38,092 nucleotides of DNA from Catajapyx aquilonaris (Eukaryota), in the NCBI GenBank assembly GCA_000934665.2, contig KZ538971.1, positions 1 to 38,092 of the forward strand. The letters are read 5' to 3'. The position numbers and the translations under genes were made by a program. Below, one piece after another: positions 9,697 to 22,329 of the stretch (the first letter of the stretch is position 1; each line of letters opens with the position of its first letter). Below the pieces are notes generated by a model. That model searched no databases and was not told where the DNA came from. It saw nothing but the letters and a program-made list of their open reading frames with translations.

Positions 9697-9840
9697 GCAC
9701 CGCATGATGCAATCCATCCCTTATATACTGCTCCTACGGACCAATCAGAACGTAGGTACTCCGTGGTCATGACGTCAACGGGAGCCAATAGGAAAGCAGG
9801 AGAGCCTATGACCTTCTCGTGACTCGACGTCGCCACGTCG
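9693..9840 (-). promoter_or_regulatory. Core/proximal promoter of the bZIP gene: C/EBP-ATF element, TATA box, two CCAAT boxes, CRE, UPRE-like site
   Basis: ATTGCATCA (minus, 9713-9705), TATATAA (minus, 9727-9721), CCAAT 9741-9745 and 9785-9789, palindromic TGACGTCA 9770-9777, GCCACGTC 9832-9839. Confidence 0.75.
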
Positions 9841-10944
9841 TCGGAGTGTTTGACGCGGATTATTTTTTTTTGTCCTCCCCCGCGATACTAACAGACGGTG
9901 GTGGTGTTGGTAACGTATCTATCACGCCCATTTTCATAGATTTCAGGCCCGAAATAAATACGTCATGCGGGGGTCACTCATGACCTTCGCAATACCGGCC
10001 GGTTATTATGTAAGTGGATGTGACATGTTTCGATATGCTGACAGGTGTGAGTATCATTGTAGCGGCGTAACATTGTTGGCATTGGGACGTCAGTGGGTAG
10101 ATTTTCGGCTTGTTTACAGAGGAATGACGCACGGAGTATTAATCGATATCTCTAGGGACGGATAAAGAAAATTGTCCCGTGCAAAGACTCATCAGCTGAT
10201 ACGACGAGGTGGACCTAAAAAAAAAAAAAAAGGGTAGCCAAGGACAGCGTACGGTGCCTTTCATGCCCTGCTCAATTCTCCGAAAACGAACTGGGGGAAA
10301 TCCCGAGGCGTTGCCAAGTTGTGCTTTTGTATAAACAGGATGTGCTACATGGAATTTACTCCGCATTGGTGTGCAAGATGTACAATCCAAAGTCGAAATA
10401 TGTAGATATGATGATTTTTTATTTTTAAGTGACCCAAATTTGTACTGTGTACCATGGTATTCATTGGGCTCAACGGTGACTCAGAGACGTATGAATGGGG
10501 AGTAAAATCCCGGATGTGCAAATGTCAATAACACATCATTTATAGGAATGTATCAGAAACACAATAATATCGGGTTAATTGTGAATCGTTGAGCAAGTTA
10601 TGACATTGAAGGTAGATAATTTTACAGATAAAGAAAGTGGTTGTTATCATGCCGAAACTAATTTTAAAAGTTCAATGAGTTACAGTAATATCGGTATAGC
10701 ATATGTTACGTTTGAACACGTACTGTACAGTACGTTGCCTTTTTGTTACATAAAAGGATGCCAGTCAATTATGTAACAGCTTGAAGGCAATAGTCGTTTT
10801 ATAAAAACCAAACTGCTGCGCAATGACTCATTAAACTATCTCTAGTAGTTGTTGCTTTTACAAATGGCTTGATGAGTCACAGGTAACTAAAATTATGCTA
10901 ACTAAAAAAAAACAACTAACAAGCTGAAATAAACTTACGCTAAC

Positions 10945-11588
10945 CAATGGGCCCCGGTTATCCGCGGTTTAAAAATATGAAATTAATATATTAATTTTCA
11001 AAATCCAACAATTATTTTTATTAAAGTACAGTGCTACATTGTTTTATAATTATCCGATTTTAATGTTAATTGTTTTTGTTGATGTCTAAATGTGTATACA
11101 AGCGGGAAGTCCCCAGTTTACGAACGACCCGACTTACGGCGATCCGTACTTACCAATGGGCTCTCGGGAAGGAAAATTTATAATTATTCCTCTACTTTCA
11201 ATCATTTCTTCGTATGCTGACCGACACCAAGTTCAACATAAATACTGCATAATTAATAAATAATTGGGAAACTACGTTCTTCGCGCATGTAAACTGATAC
11301 ATGGGACGTTAGCCGTTCGTTGGAGCGGAATATGTATAGTCTCAATAGGCATATATGCGCTGCTGTTCCTCAGGGACCAAAGTTACGTAGGCTACAAATC
11401 CGACTTATTGACATTTTCAGGAACGTAACTCCGTTCGTAGACCGGGGACTGCCTGTAATTCGTAAAATAAACATTTCATAGATGTGTACTATGTTAAAAC
11501 GCATATTACATAGGGTTCTGTTTTTCCTCGGATTTCACTTACCCGCGGTGCTTGGAACCAATTTCCGCGGATAACCGGGGCCCAACTG
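10945..11588. mobile_element. Tigger/mariner-type MITE (outer element)
   Basis: Exact 20-bp inverted match TGGGCCCCGGTTATCCGCGG (10948-10967) / CCGCGGATAACCGGGGCCCA (11565-11584); right end ACTG|TA. Confidence 0.8.
11099..11455. mobile_element. Second Tigger-type MITE nested inside the first
   Basis: TA|CA..GGAAGTCCCCAGTTTACGAACG ... CGTTCGTAGACCGGGGACTGCCTG|TA; internal CCGACTTA subterminal repeats; TA flanks. Confidence 0.8.
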
Positions 11589-14500
11589 TAAAGAGCGGTT
11601 AATATTTTAAGAGTGTAACTTATGCCATTAGATTCTATGGACAAAAATAAGTTAACAATGTAGAGGGACGATATGTGGTACATGTCACCAAATGTGAGAA
11701 AAACGTCCATAAAAATGGAATTTCTATTGTTATGCATTGCTATTCATTGTTATAATCCATGCTTACCCGTACAAATTCAATGAAAAAGTGCCACTTTCTC
11801 GGGTAAACGTGTTTAGTAACTACGAAAAAAAGACCCCTTTTTTTTCTCACATAATGTAGCCTGGACCACATATTCTCTCTCTACATTTTTCGTCCCCCTT
11901 GGCCCATGGAATCGTTTGGTATAAGTCACTTCCGTCACAGTACAAGTATGATACACCCTGTGTCCCCACCAATATTGTCATTTAATTCATTGTCATGATA
12001 CGAGGTGGTCGTCAGTAACTCGATAGTATTATGAGCACGTTGGGGCAATTCTCTCGGGCAAAACACTGCCTTGGCCTATTACAAGGCCAAAATGCTCAAT
12101 CTAATTTTTGCCATGGAGACATCAGAATTACGGAAATATCATACTGGTTAGATTACTCGCGGCCGCTATTGACTGAATACAGCCAGCATGATATTTTATA
12201 TAATTCACGTGCTGAGTACTGTACGTCACAAAATCCTAACCGATCCTAACTGTCTCTACACGACATAATGACTTTCCCTAACAATGTTGCAGTGTTTTGG
12301 TCTCGGAAAATGTCAAAATAATATTCCTGTAGTATACGTACTCTGCAGGCCTGTTACAGTACAGTATAATACCTGAATTGTCACCATCCTAACTCCTCAA
12401 TGGTATATTTTTTACACACAACGGCAAAAAAAAAGAAAAAAGAAACATAACAAAGCGAATCAAATAGACTTTTGGCTCATAGTGTACATACTGCTCCATG
12501 CAAGATCTAACAAGTTTCACAGTTCATGAATGTAACACAGCTCTGCAAACCTCCAGCTGTCAAAGTCACTGGCCTTGAGATAAGATGATGCGTAGTCTCA
12601 TAATTTCATCTGGAATCCATAGTATTGTGCGAATTAAAATAAACTGTAATATGCTGATCCTCTTTGCAGTTATAATATGTATTAAAAAGTCCACTTATTA
12701 TGGAAGCAACCAGAGAGTAGTAGTGACGTCACAATGTGCAGCAATGCCTGTCAACAATGAAATAACAGGCTTGTGACATCACTAGAGACACTTTCCTGCA
12801 ATGCAGGCCACAACTTCAGGATAGAAGAGGCTGACGGTCCTACAAGAAGGAAATAGTTCAGGAAATAAGCGATGGGGGAAATACCACGCAAAGGCCACGT
12901 GATATGGAAATGGAATTTGCACCCAGGACCTCGCCAATGACTAGTCTATTAGACTGTATATAAATATTATTTTGCTCAACTTTGATTTCATTCTGACTGC
13001 ACCATTTTGCATTTTAAGTGATTTGATTTAAGTGACCCATATTCGATCATAAAACTATAGAAATATCTGCCGACCGCACAACGATAAAAAAATTCAACAG
13101 TATTTCCATAGCAATAATTTGCGACACCGTACAGTGGTATAGGCTTTGCACGCGCTTTGTGACGCAAGAGGAAATTTCCCTTGGCTACAAACTCATAATT
13201 ATAGCTATCACACTTGTAACTATTGCCCATGTCAATGAGGAGGTCGATCTGCCTCCCGTAATGAAGTAGTGTAACTGCACATATAGTAGCCTACAGTAGC
13301 CTATATATAAGGCATTATTCATATTAGTCAGACTATGAATCATGGTACCACGAGTGTGGTGCTGGAATCGTGAGAATATTTACATTTATACAATTAAATA
13401 TAATTTGTGGTACACTCGAGGGTAGCCTAAATAGCCTTCTAAAATTGGAAAATAATATATTCAATAATCTGTTATATACCATAAAAATATTATAATAACC
13501 AAGAAAGCTGCACCGAGTGCCAATGTCAGATTTGTAGCACAAGTACATAATCACGATTAGTGTAATGTTAAGGTAGCGATATTTTCACGCAAAAGATGTG
13601 AAACCTCATTGATTTTCCTAAAATCCGACCTCTAAAAAAGCCAATAATTCTGTTTATTTCTTTTTTTAAAAAAAATCTTGCAATTTTACTGTATTCTAAA
13701 CTATCCTTGCAAAAACAGCAAGGTACGCAGTAGGTATGCTTCGCCGTGAGATTACTGTCATTGTCCGTCCACCCATTCATATACCTGTGCTAATATTATT
13801 TCTCTCCACATTGTCTGCTCAAGTTGACCGCATGATTTCCTGTACTGCCTCGCATAGGTTTATTATTCACTGATTCACGTTCAGTTTGCAGGTTGAGACA
13901 TGCCACAGGCCTTCTGATTACGAAGGCAATCTGACACCGCCGCGATAATACAGCGGAGAAAGCGGAAGGAATGCTCACGCACTCAACACATGCTAACCAT
14001 GTGCTTATTCATGTTTAGGAATATTCACCAAGAGTGCGCTACCTGCTGCATATCCTGTATCTGTGAAATGCTGTGAAAGCAGGCTACATGAGAGTTTCGT
14101 GTCCTGTGCAACAGATGGCATGCTGGTACATACTATTCTGACTATTGTACGAGTGTACTGTACAGTATTAATAATGTAGGGGTTATTATACCTATTATCA
14201 AATTAATGTAGGTTGTTGAACTTTTTTCCCCTATTTGCGAGCTCGGTCATTTCACGTTATTATCCGTCATAAAACATAACGATTCCCGTCCTTCATCAAT
14301 TTTTTTAAAAAAGTTGGCGGCATTCCTTTCAGTTAGTGTCAACGCAAGAGTTATTGAGTATATCTTATTGTAGGTATAGCGTATAGGTTAGTTCTCTTTC
14401 TGCCAAATGTTTGTTCAAACCGCGACACGATTTCCCCGAGCAAATTTTTAATCCCTGTAATCAGTGGCCTTTGTCATTCTTGCCATCTGTTTTCCTGACG

Positions 14501-14904
14501 CGGGTAAAAAGCACTCTGCTGAATAAGTAGGCAAAGAGTCGTTGCCTGGAATTTGTGTCAAGGAAACCGATTCACTTCCATCTGCCAACAAAAGTAAATT
14601 AATTGGCGTCATTTTCATATTTGAAAGGGTCAGAATCTGGACTTTCAGAAGTTGGTACGTCATAAATTAATAGCGGACTGATATTGATTATGAACAATCT
14701 TGGCGCAGTGTTTCCGGACTGAGGGAACGGAAATGTGATCGGAATAGTTAATTCCTTACCTCATAATTTTAAGCAAGGTACCAGAACCGCTTTAACATTT
14801 TATGTGTTAAAAAGTGGCAACACTTTTATTGAATATATGAATTCAATATAATGTAATATATTCAATTATTATAGTAATATATATATATATTGAAAGACTT
14901 TATA

Positions 14905-15085
14905 CAGGTTGGTCATACTAGTGGCCCAAATAAAACGCTGTAGGCCGCATTTTTCTAAACTGTCGCTTATATGCCTTTCTATATACCTTTGACACCCTGA
15001 ACACCTCTCACTCCTTTATTTTGGGCTTGTTACGGCTAACGATTACGTTGGCGGCCGGATGTCCCATTAGTAAGAAACACCCTTA
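14905..15085. mobile_element. Possible decayed Tc1/mariner-type MITE
   Basis: TA|CAGGTTGGTCATACTAGTGGCCCA loosely matches the reverse complement of TGTCCCATTAGTAAGAAACACCCTT; heavily diverged. Confidence 0.3.
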
Positions 15086-18000
15086 TGTCACACTGTAGTA
15101 CAGTATTATATCATAATTGCTGTTAGTCGCTGCGTGCACAATAAGGCTTTCAGGCAGATATGACTGTAACTTTCGCACTATATGACCATCTTTTTTGTGC
15201 CTCCAAACGTCATGTTGCACTTGTTGTAATCGTATACTTAACATAATGATAAGCGACAACCGGATTAATTCAATCCCACTTTGGGCAATGCCTTCAAGTC
15301 CAGCTTAGGTAATTCCCATGAAAAAGTGATCTGGTGGCATGGAAGCTACCCTGCGGATCTGTCCCACTAATTAGAGTGCGTTGTCCGGATCCAGCATAGT
15401 ACGCCCCAGTGGAGTATACAGAAGCTGAGCTGCTGCCAGATGCTGGTCGATATATATGCCCTCTTCCAAAAGATCAATAGTAGAGGCATTGAGGGGCGGC
15501 CGGTAGAGGGGTAGGGGGTTAGGGGGGTCCCACTCCCCAAAAGCAGAATAGGCGCATGTGTGTAGCTGGGAGAACCAGACGACGGCCATCTCTGCAAAAA
15601 CAGGCGGTGCATGGTAGGGGGGCATTGACCAACCTAACTCCTGTGCTGCAACAATAGGGCACATTAGGGAGGTGGCATTGCCATTATTCGGGCCCTCTCT
15701 GATCGTCCGGCTGGATTGGAGGAAGGAAGAGGAAGAGGTTATTCCTGAGAGGTAGGCCACCCACTTTACACTCTGGGGAGGTATAGTACACTGCCGTACG
15801 ATGATTGGTACGGATGCACGTACGGTATAGCGGGTGTGTATACAGATAGTATTGTTGTATATTGGCATGCCGGGTATTGTGTATCCGTCATTGGTCATTC
15901 CTTTGTTTATACTGTATATTCCTGTCGTGCGATCAATAATGAGCCAAAAATTGCTGCCCAGACTCAGTAGTGGGTTTCACTCTCTACTATTATTCTGCTA
16001 TGTCTGAATATTACATGCAAAAACTTGCGTGCGTCAAATGCTAAGTTTGGTGGCCTAAAATGGAGCGGTGATTTCTCATGTGCGGGTATGCACTCGTGTT
16101 TGGGTTTGCAAATGATGTGCATAATTTTCTAGCTGAGCAGTAGTTGTTAGTTTTTTGCGTTACTTCTCGGACTCATTTTTAGATACAAGAGCCGGCAAGT
16201 AATTAAATGCGATATCAATTCAGCAAGCATTTGAGGCCTATAAAAATGATCAATATAAGTGTTTGCGATTTTTTTTACTGTACAGTATATTAAATGTTTT
16301 TGTGTATACTTTTATTCTGGGCCATTTCCTATTGTATGCCTATAAATGTACTGATCCATGAGGAGCTTGAACTATATATTTTTTATTCTAATCTCGACCG
16401 TACCATATGGTGTGCAGGCATGCCGGAAACTATATCATGCACTAAATTATATACCACTAGACAGTTTCTTATCGTTATTTGGGCAGCTCAAGTCATGGTA
16501 AGCGATAAATGTGGCAGGTGGGAGTTTTCACGTTGTAGTGGTCCATAAACTGCGTCACGTTTTATTCCATGAACGTCACCTTACTTGCCCCCTCAGCCTC
16601 ACCGAAATTCCCCTGAATTTCCATCCCTTTTCCCCAAAGTTCAAATTTGGAGGATACTGTATACACATGAGGTCATGCACTTTACTGCATGCCACTTGCA
16701 TAATGCACTTATCTCTCCTTTCAAAGCCCATGAGACATCGTTGTACTGTGTTCACCTGAAACTTCCATCCATTGTCAGTGCCCCGCAGAGCAACTCTGGG
16801 CAAATACAATTAAAAATTAATATGATTAAGTGATTGCGGGCAACAAATGACAAAAGTTCTCTCGCTTTCTAGCTATCTTCCTTACAGTATTTTTTTACAT
16901 GTACTTTTACCACCCTCACTTTTTTTTATATACATTGACAAACGTGGGGCGCTTATTACAATAAACGACTCTCCCTCCCTTTATCTCCCACTATCTCCAT
17001 CGCACCCACTCATTACAAACGTCACACCATGTTAACCACCTGATCCTCTTTGTACGTGACAGTTCCCAAACTAGTTCTAGTTGTAGTCCACCAGTAGATA
17101 TTTCGAAAGTCCCCTTTGAAATTTCAATCACGAGATGATGAATGGGATCACGAACGCGAGAGTCATCCTCTTGGTTAGATGTGTGGGAAAATCCGGTGAG
17201 CTAGCGACATGTATGGAGGTAGGCGATTTGCGTACAAGAGTAGTATACCCTCCATAATGGCAACTGGGTCAGGATAGATGGTGTTGAAGGAAAATGAGGG
17301 CAAGCAGAAGAAGCGACAAGTTTCCTCTCGGCGAGTACACCTCTTCCGAACCACTCTAGTTGGCTAGGGGTTAAACGGAATTAATTATCTGGGATGCTGG
17401 ATGGAATGCTGCTCCTTTGGCTGGCTGGCGACCAAAGGGAAAGTAGTTTCTCGGAGCTGCCTGGGAAAGCGAGCGATTGTCCCACTGGCCCTCATTTTTG
17501 GATCATACACTTGTTGGCTGAAACTATGGATCATCTTCCTTCCTTCCTGCTTCCTTGTGCTATTACCGGATTTACTGGCGCATAACCTGCATCTTCCGTT
17601 TTTGGGGACGAGCTCATTTTACGCTTGGACTGGTGGAACACTTACGCCATGTAACAGTTACGCATTTTGTGATCCCATCCTACATATATACTCACTACAA
17701 CCTGTACTGACCCGGGTCAAAATAGTAGGAACAAGTGTATATCTGATAAAATGAAGGTGGGCGCCAATGCCATGCAAATAGGCATTACCACCCTGTTGCT
17801 TTGGACCTCCTCCGGACTGATCCAATGTACTAATATTATCACAGGCTGTCAATCTATCCATTATCGGGTTTCAAGGTTCGTTGTCAATATTGAATCCCCT
17901 CGTTGCCCGCCGAAGAATCAGCCTCATTTCGGAGCAGACCATAAAGATGTAGGACTGGGCGCGGTTATTATCACAACCCTCGCATATTGGTCCCAAAAGA

Positions 18001-19119
18001 CGGAAGTGGCCCCAGAGGTCACGACACTCCTCTGGAGTCATAATTATGGTGTGACTTACATTCTACATAACATTGGACTGTGTCCAACGGTGATGTGCCA
18101 AGAGGAAGTAGGGGCAGATGGGTTGACCCAGGATATGAGGGAGGAGGACCCCAAATCAGCGCTCTTTGACCTACACCCACTTTTCTAGCATAAGTGCTCC
18201 TTTCTAATTGCAGCAATTAATGGGCAGAAAATATCCAAAGACCTACACAAAAGATGCACCACGTCCTATTAACATATTTGTAGTTCGTTGCACCTTTACG
18301 CTTGTCAAAAATTGCATACTATCGCTTCGAAGAGCCTATAAATTAATCATAGAAGGGAGTTGTGTCAACATCAAAAGGGCGTCAGACCTTGGACTAGGTG
18401 GTCACTCCTTTGAGTGGAGGCGGCCTTTGGAATGACCAAGGCCATAGGTAGTGTTTTCACTCAGGGGGAACCCTCCGTCACATGTTTCGCCCACCGCGTG
18501 TACCATTCCTGGTGACCTCTTGGTCACAGCGTGAAGCGTCAAAGACCCTGTGACCCATCCAACAGTCGTCATGGATTCACCCCGCCTAGTTGTGCATGCG
18601 TGATGGTCTGATGCCACGAGATGTCCTTTAAGTAATTCGGCTGTAACGTGATTACTAGGTTGCCGTTACGAGCACGCCAAGTGAAACCGAAACTCTGTTA
18701 GCATTGTTCTCACCTCCACAATCCTAGCTAGCTCAGCTATAGCAAAGTAGTAGTGGGAAGTGGCGTTAATTCGCGACGAGTGTGCCTTGCACGTACACTG
18801 GCTTGCCCTCTTTTATTGCCCAACAACGCAATCGCCGCCGATGACCTTTTATTTCTTACCTATTTCGCAGCCGCCTACCCCTGAAACCACCCGGTGTTAT
18901 TTCATGCTTTGGTATGTTTCAACCTATGTTTCATTACACACTATGGATTGGGCAGGGGGACTGCACGCATGATTCCTTAATAGTCAGCCAGGATAGTAAT
19001 CCTTACACACACCAATGTGGGAGCGTAGGGCTTGTTACAACCTCATTACTTTCTCCAGTCTTCAAGAAGGTAAGAATGTCCTATTAAATTTTGATGGCGC
19101 CGTTAGAATATTTTCAAAT

Positions 19120-19121
<2 letters not shown>

Positions 19122-19153
<32 letters not shown>
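19122..19153. repeat. (AAT)n microsatellite
   Basis: Seen directly, ~10 units. Confidence 0.95.
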
Positions 19154-19154
<1 letters not shown>

Positions 19155-19403
19155 CGAATGTGCGTAGTCAATATTGACGACTGGATAAGGAAGTGAAGAT
19201 AGGCTATCATTAGTATCCGCTCCAAACCTGACGTCTATCATTACGACTGACTTCCGCATGTGCTAAAACTAAACGGGAGTTGTTGCGATAGAAATGAAAG
19301 GTATTCCGCTATTTTGGCCATGTAATTATTAAAAGCAGAGGCATGGTACTATGGTATTTAACACATTAACTTGCCCGGCAACTTCCAGCCCGGTACTAGT
19401 AAT

Positions 19404-19675
19404 GTCGGCCCTCCTTATCCGCGGGGATTGGTTTTCCGGGACCTTCCGCGGATGCTCAGGTTTATGGCGAAGTGTGTGCATACAATATGCATATAATCTA
19501 CGCATATCCTCTTGTAACTTTAAATCTTCTCTAGATTACTGATAATACAAACATAATGTAGGTAGTTATACTGTATTGTTGTGCTCGGCGTTCAAGTTGT
19601 TATTTTCAAAAGGATTTTTTTCGAATATTTTCGATACGTGGTTCGATGCAAATCCAGCGGATAAGGAGGCCCGAC
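19404..19675. mobile_element. Tigger-like MITE with eroded tips
   Basis: GTCGGCCCTCCTTATCCGC (19404-19422) vs GCGGATAAGGAGGCCCGAC (19657-19675), 18/19 inverted match; shares the TTATCCGCGG core with the element at 10945. Confidence 0.7.
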
Positions 19676-20812
19676 AAAACTATAGTTTTGTCGGGACTCC
19701 TTATTTTTATTTTTATATTTGGATTTTTTTAAATGTATGTATACATACATAAAAAAATTCAAATGCCATAAAATATCACTTGCTCCCTCGAAAAACCACC
19801 TCCTGGCCCTAAACTCAAAAATTCCTCCCATGACCTTCATCTACATCCCGCGTGCCCACTCAGGCACTGACCTACATGAATAATAACCACATCATTAAGC
19901 ACAAGAATCTCTCAGAAACAGTCTTCCCAGTGGCTACCGATGACTGTGAACAGATAGATTTCCCACGCGATCAAATCTATCAAATAGCCCGTAGTTGTTG
20001 ATCCTAGTGGCAATAAACGATCAGAAGGCGGGGATGGAATAACGAGTGTAGCGCGCGTAAGGGCAGTGGGTCGAAGCAGGCATACGTGTACGACGTATGT
20101 GGACGTAGTGGGCCGTACAGGTGCAAGCAGCTGGGGGACTGGGTGGGGGTCGGGGTGGATGGTGAGGCAATGTGGGTCAGCTGGAAAGAAGGATAGGAAG
20201 GCCACGTCCCGTAGTTGGAATCTTAGCTGGTTGCCAGTGTCTTGGGATACACTTGGCCGAGGAGGAAGGTGTCCTTCTGATGCATGGGATGGCAGGCATG
20301 CGTGCGGTGCCAGCTGTTGGCTCATTCCGCATTGGACTCTCCTAGAGGCAATACCCTTTGGATCTATAGTGGTGGTGACAACAATGGGACGCTTCTGGCG
20401 GATGTCTAGTTGAACACTCACGTTTTGCGACAAGGAAGGGAGGAACAATGTCCAAGTTGCAGTCGGTGAGTGTTCACTTTGTCAGCTGTTGATGGGTGGA
20501 TATCGTTTTGTTAATTATGCTATTGAAAGGAACTCAGCTGCGAATTTGGATGAATGAACTAGAAGTTAGATCGGTGCAAACAAGTGTATCATAAGCTTTT
20601 ATTTTCACTTGTGCCTTCATTTTGAATGAAATTGTGTGAAATTAAAGCTGATGTTATTTGACACAACGAAGCAATTTTAATACAATTATGCAGGTTCCAT
20701 GAACTCAAACGAAACATCAATCAGAACGATGCTTCAGGAGTGTCACGAAGGCCCGGCTCGTTTATTATATCGCTCCGTTTCATTATTTATTTTTCTATTT
20801 CTGCCTTCGTGA

Positions 20813-20880
20813 CGGGGACCCCTTGTGTACAGGGACCCTATTTCGGTTGAACTGATTGAACTACCCTAGTTCCTCCACTT
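20813..20880 (-). mobile_element. Possible single terminus of a hAT-like non-autonomous DNA transposon
   Basis: Minus strand reads AAGTGGAGGAACTAGGGTAGTTCAATCAGTTCAACCGAAATAGGGTCCC, resembling CAGTGGCGGA-type ends with tandem AGTTCAA subterminal motifs; partner end not found. Confidence 0.35.
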
Positions 20881-22306
20881 CGTGGAGGGTCCATTAGGCA
20901 TCGGCAGGAATTTGATTTTTTTTGCACATATTTATTTTAAGTAATATATTTAACGGCTTATGTCAAAAACAACATTAGTGGTGTACTGCACCTACCACAA
21001 TATGCACGATTGCCAGACAGTCCGCATTTTAATTTCCTCAGAATTATGTATTTTTCCGCATAACAAAGGGACATTGACATATTCAACACCTGTGGAACAA
21101 CATTACGTGGCAAGACGATAATTCAGTCTCTCCTCGCTTTAGAAAGGCAGGAAACCTAAACCACGATTATTCAGCACATCCCAGGGTAATTTGACATCTC
21201 AATGCGCAACAATTTGACTTTCAAAAAAGCTAGGATGCACATCTGGCAAAGGGCTATGCAGGTGTTATGCATCATAATACCCAGTATAACGGCACAAGTG
21301 TCTTCAAACTTTCGGAATCATCCCAGTGTCATATTTACCAGCATTGTTTTCACACAACGGTAGGCCCATACATTATAATTACACGGAAGAAAAAAAACCC
21401 CAGCTGACGTACAAGTCATTATTATTACAAGCACCAAATATTTTTTTGCTCAAACACTGACCACAGAATGTGACATTGACCTGTCAACAATGCAATCAGG
21501 AAGGTCGACTCTTATACCTCCCCCGGTGTGCAATCTGGTTAAAAAGATATATTATTCCCAAGTCCCAACTGGGGGCCATTTAAATGCTCATTAGCCTGCA
21601 ATTAAAAGGCACCATAGGCGAGCGAAGTCCCATTTGCAATTCCTCTTCCGCCAGGCGTGGATGTATATGACTGCATGTGCCCTGGCCCAAGTCCCAAGGT
21701 CTTACAAAGTAGAGCCAAGAATGTCATTGACTCTAGCTTGTATCAGCACTACTTACTACCTGGATACACCGGGAAATGTAGAGTTAGTCATAGTTGACTG
21801 CCGAGAAGTTGCACATGGTTGATAAAATTGCCGACTACAAAGCAATTACCCGCATTCTTCTGCATAACCATTTATGGCCCACCTTTTTTTTTTTTTTTGT
21901 CAGCACAGGTAACCTTGTGGAAACGGGAGCCCCCGTTCAGTGTACCGATGTCACAGGGTTATTTGAGCGTACCAGCCCAGGAAGAATAAAATTGGTCTGA
22001 AGTCCCTCATACTAAAACAGTAATGAAAGTACAAGTCTCCAGATATTCCTTACAATTCGAGATTACGCGTGTCCCGAATTCAGTGCTTGTGATCTCCATA
22101 TTTTCTCCTCTTCCGAATCCGTATAAGGAAACAGCTATGGAAAAAAAAAAATCCAAGCCGGTTTCCTCCTCTGCACTTTGACCCCAGGGAAAGAAAACTG
22201 CCATGATGGAGAACTGGTGGCACAATTTCTCATCTGGTATTACGGGCAGGTGGAATGCAACACGCATCAGCTGCCGAGTGGGGGTGGGATGCAATATGTG
22301 GATCAC

Positions 22307-22329
22307 NNNNNNNNNNNGGGGGGGGGGGG
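22307..22329. other. Assembly gap (11 N) next to poly-G
   Basis: Seen directly. Confidence 0.95.

Noticed and set aside
9741..9789. Canonical ERSE (CCAAT-N9-CCACG)
   Set aside because: CCAAT and CCACG/CGTGG motifs are present but not in the required spacing or orientation.
12860..12935. Second SINE-like fragment (minus-strand GGTCCTGGGTGCAAATTCC)
   Set aside because: Too short and degenerate to support as a feature.
13102..13115. RFX X-box-like ATTTCCATAGCAAT
   Set aside because: Both terminal positions mismatch the consensus and no adjacent gene start was found.
19062..19259. ORF with a poly-Ile transmembrane-like stretch
   Set aside because: Artefact of the (AAT)n microsatellite.
19912..20448. 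178-aa minus and 115-aa plus ORFs as genes or a hAT zinc-finger relic
   Set aside because: No recognisable domain; the resemblance to a TTF-type zinc finger is too loose; the long frames are explained by high GC.
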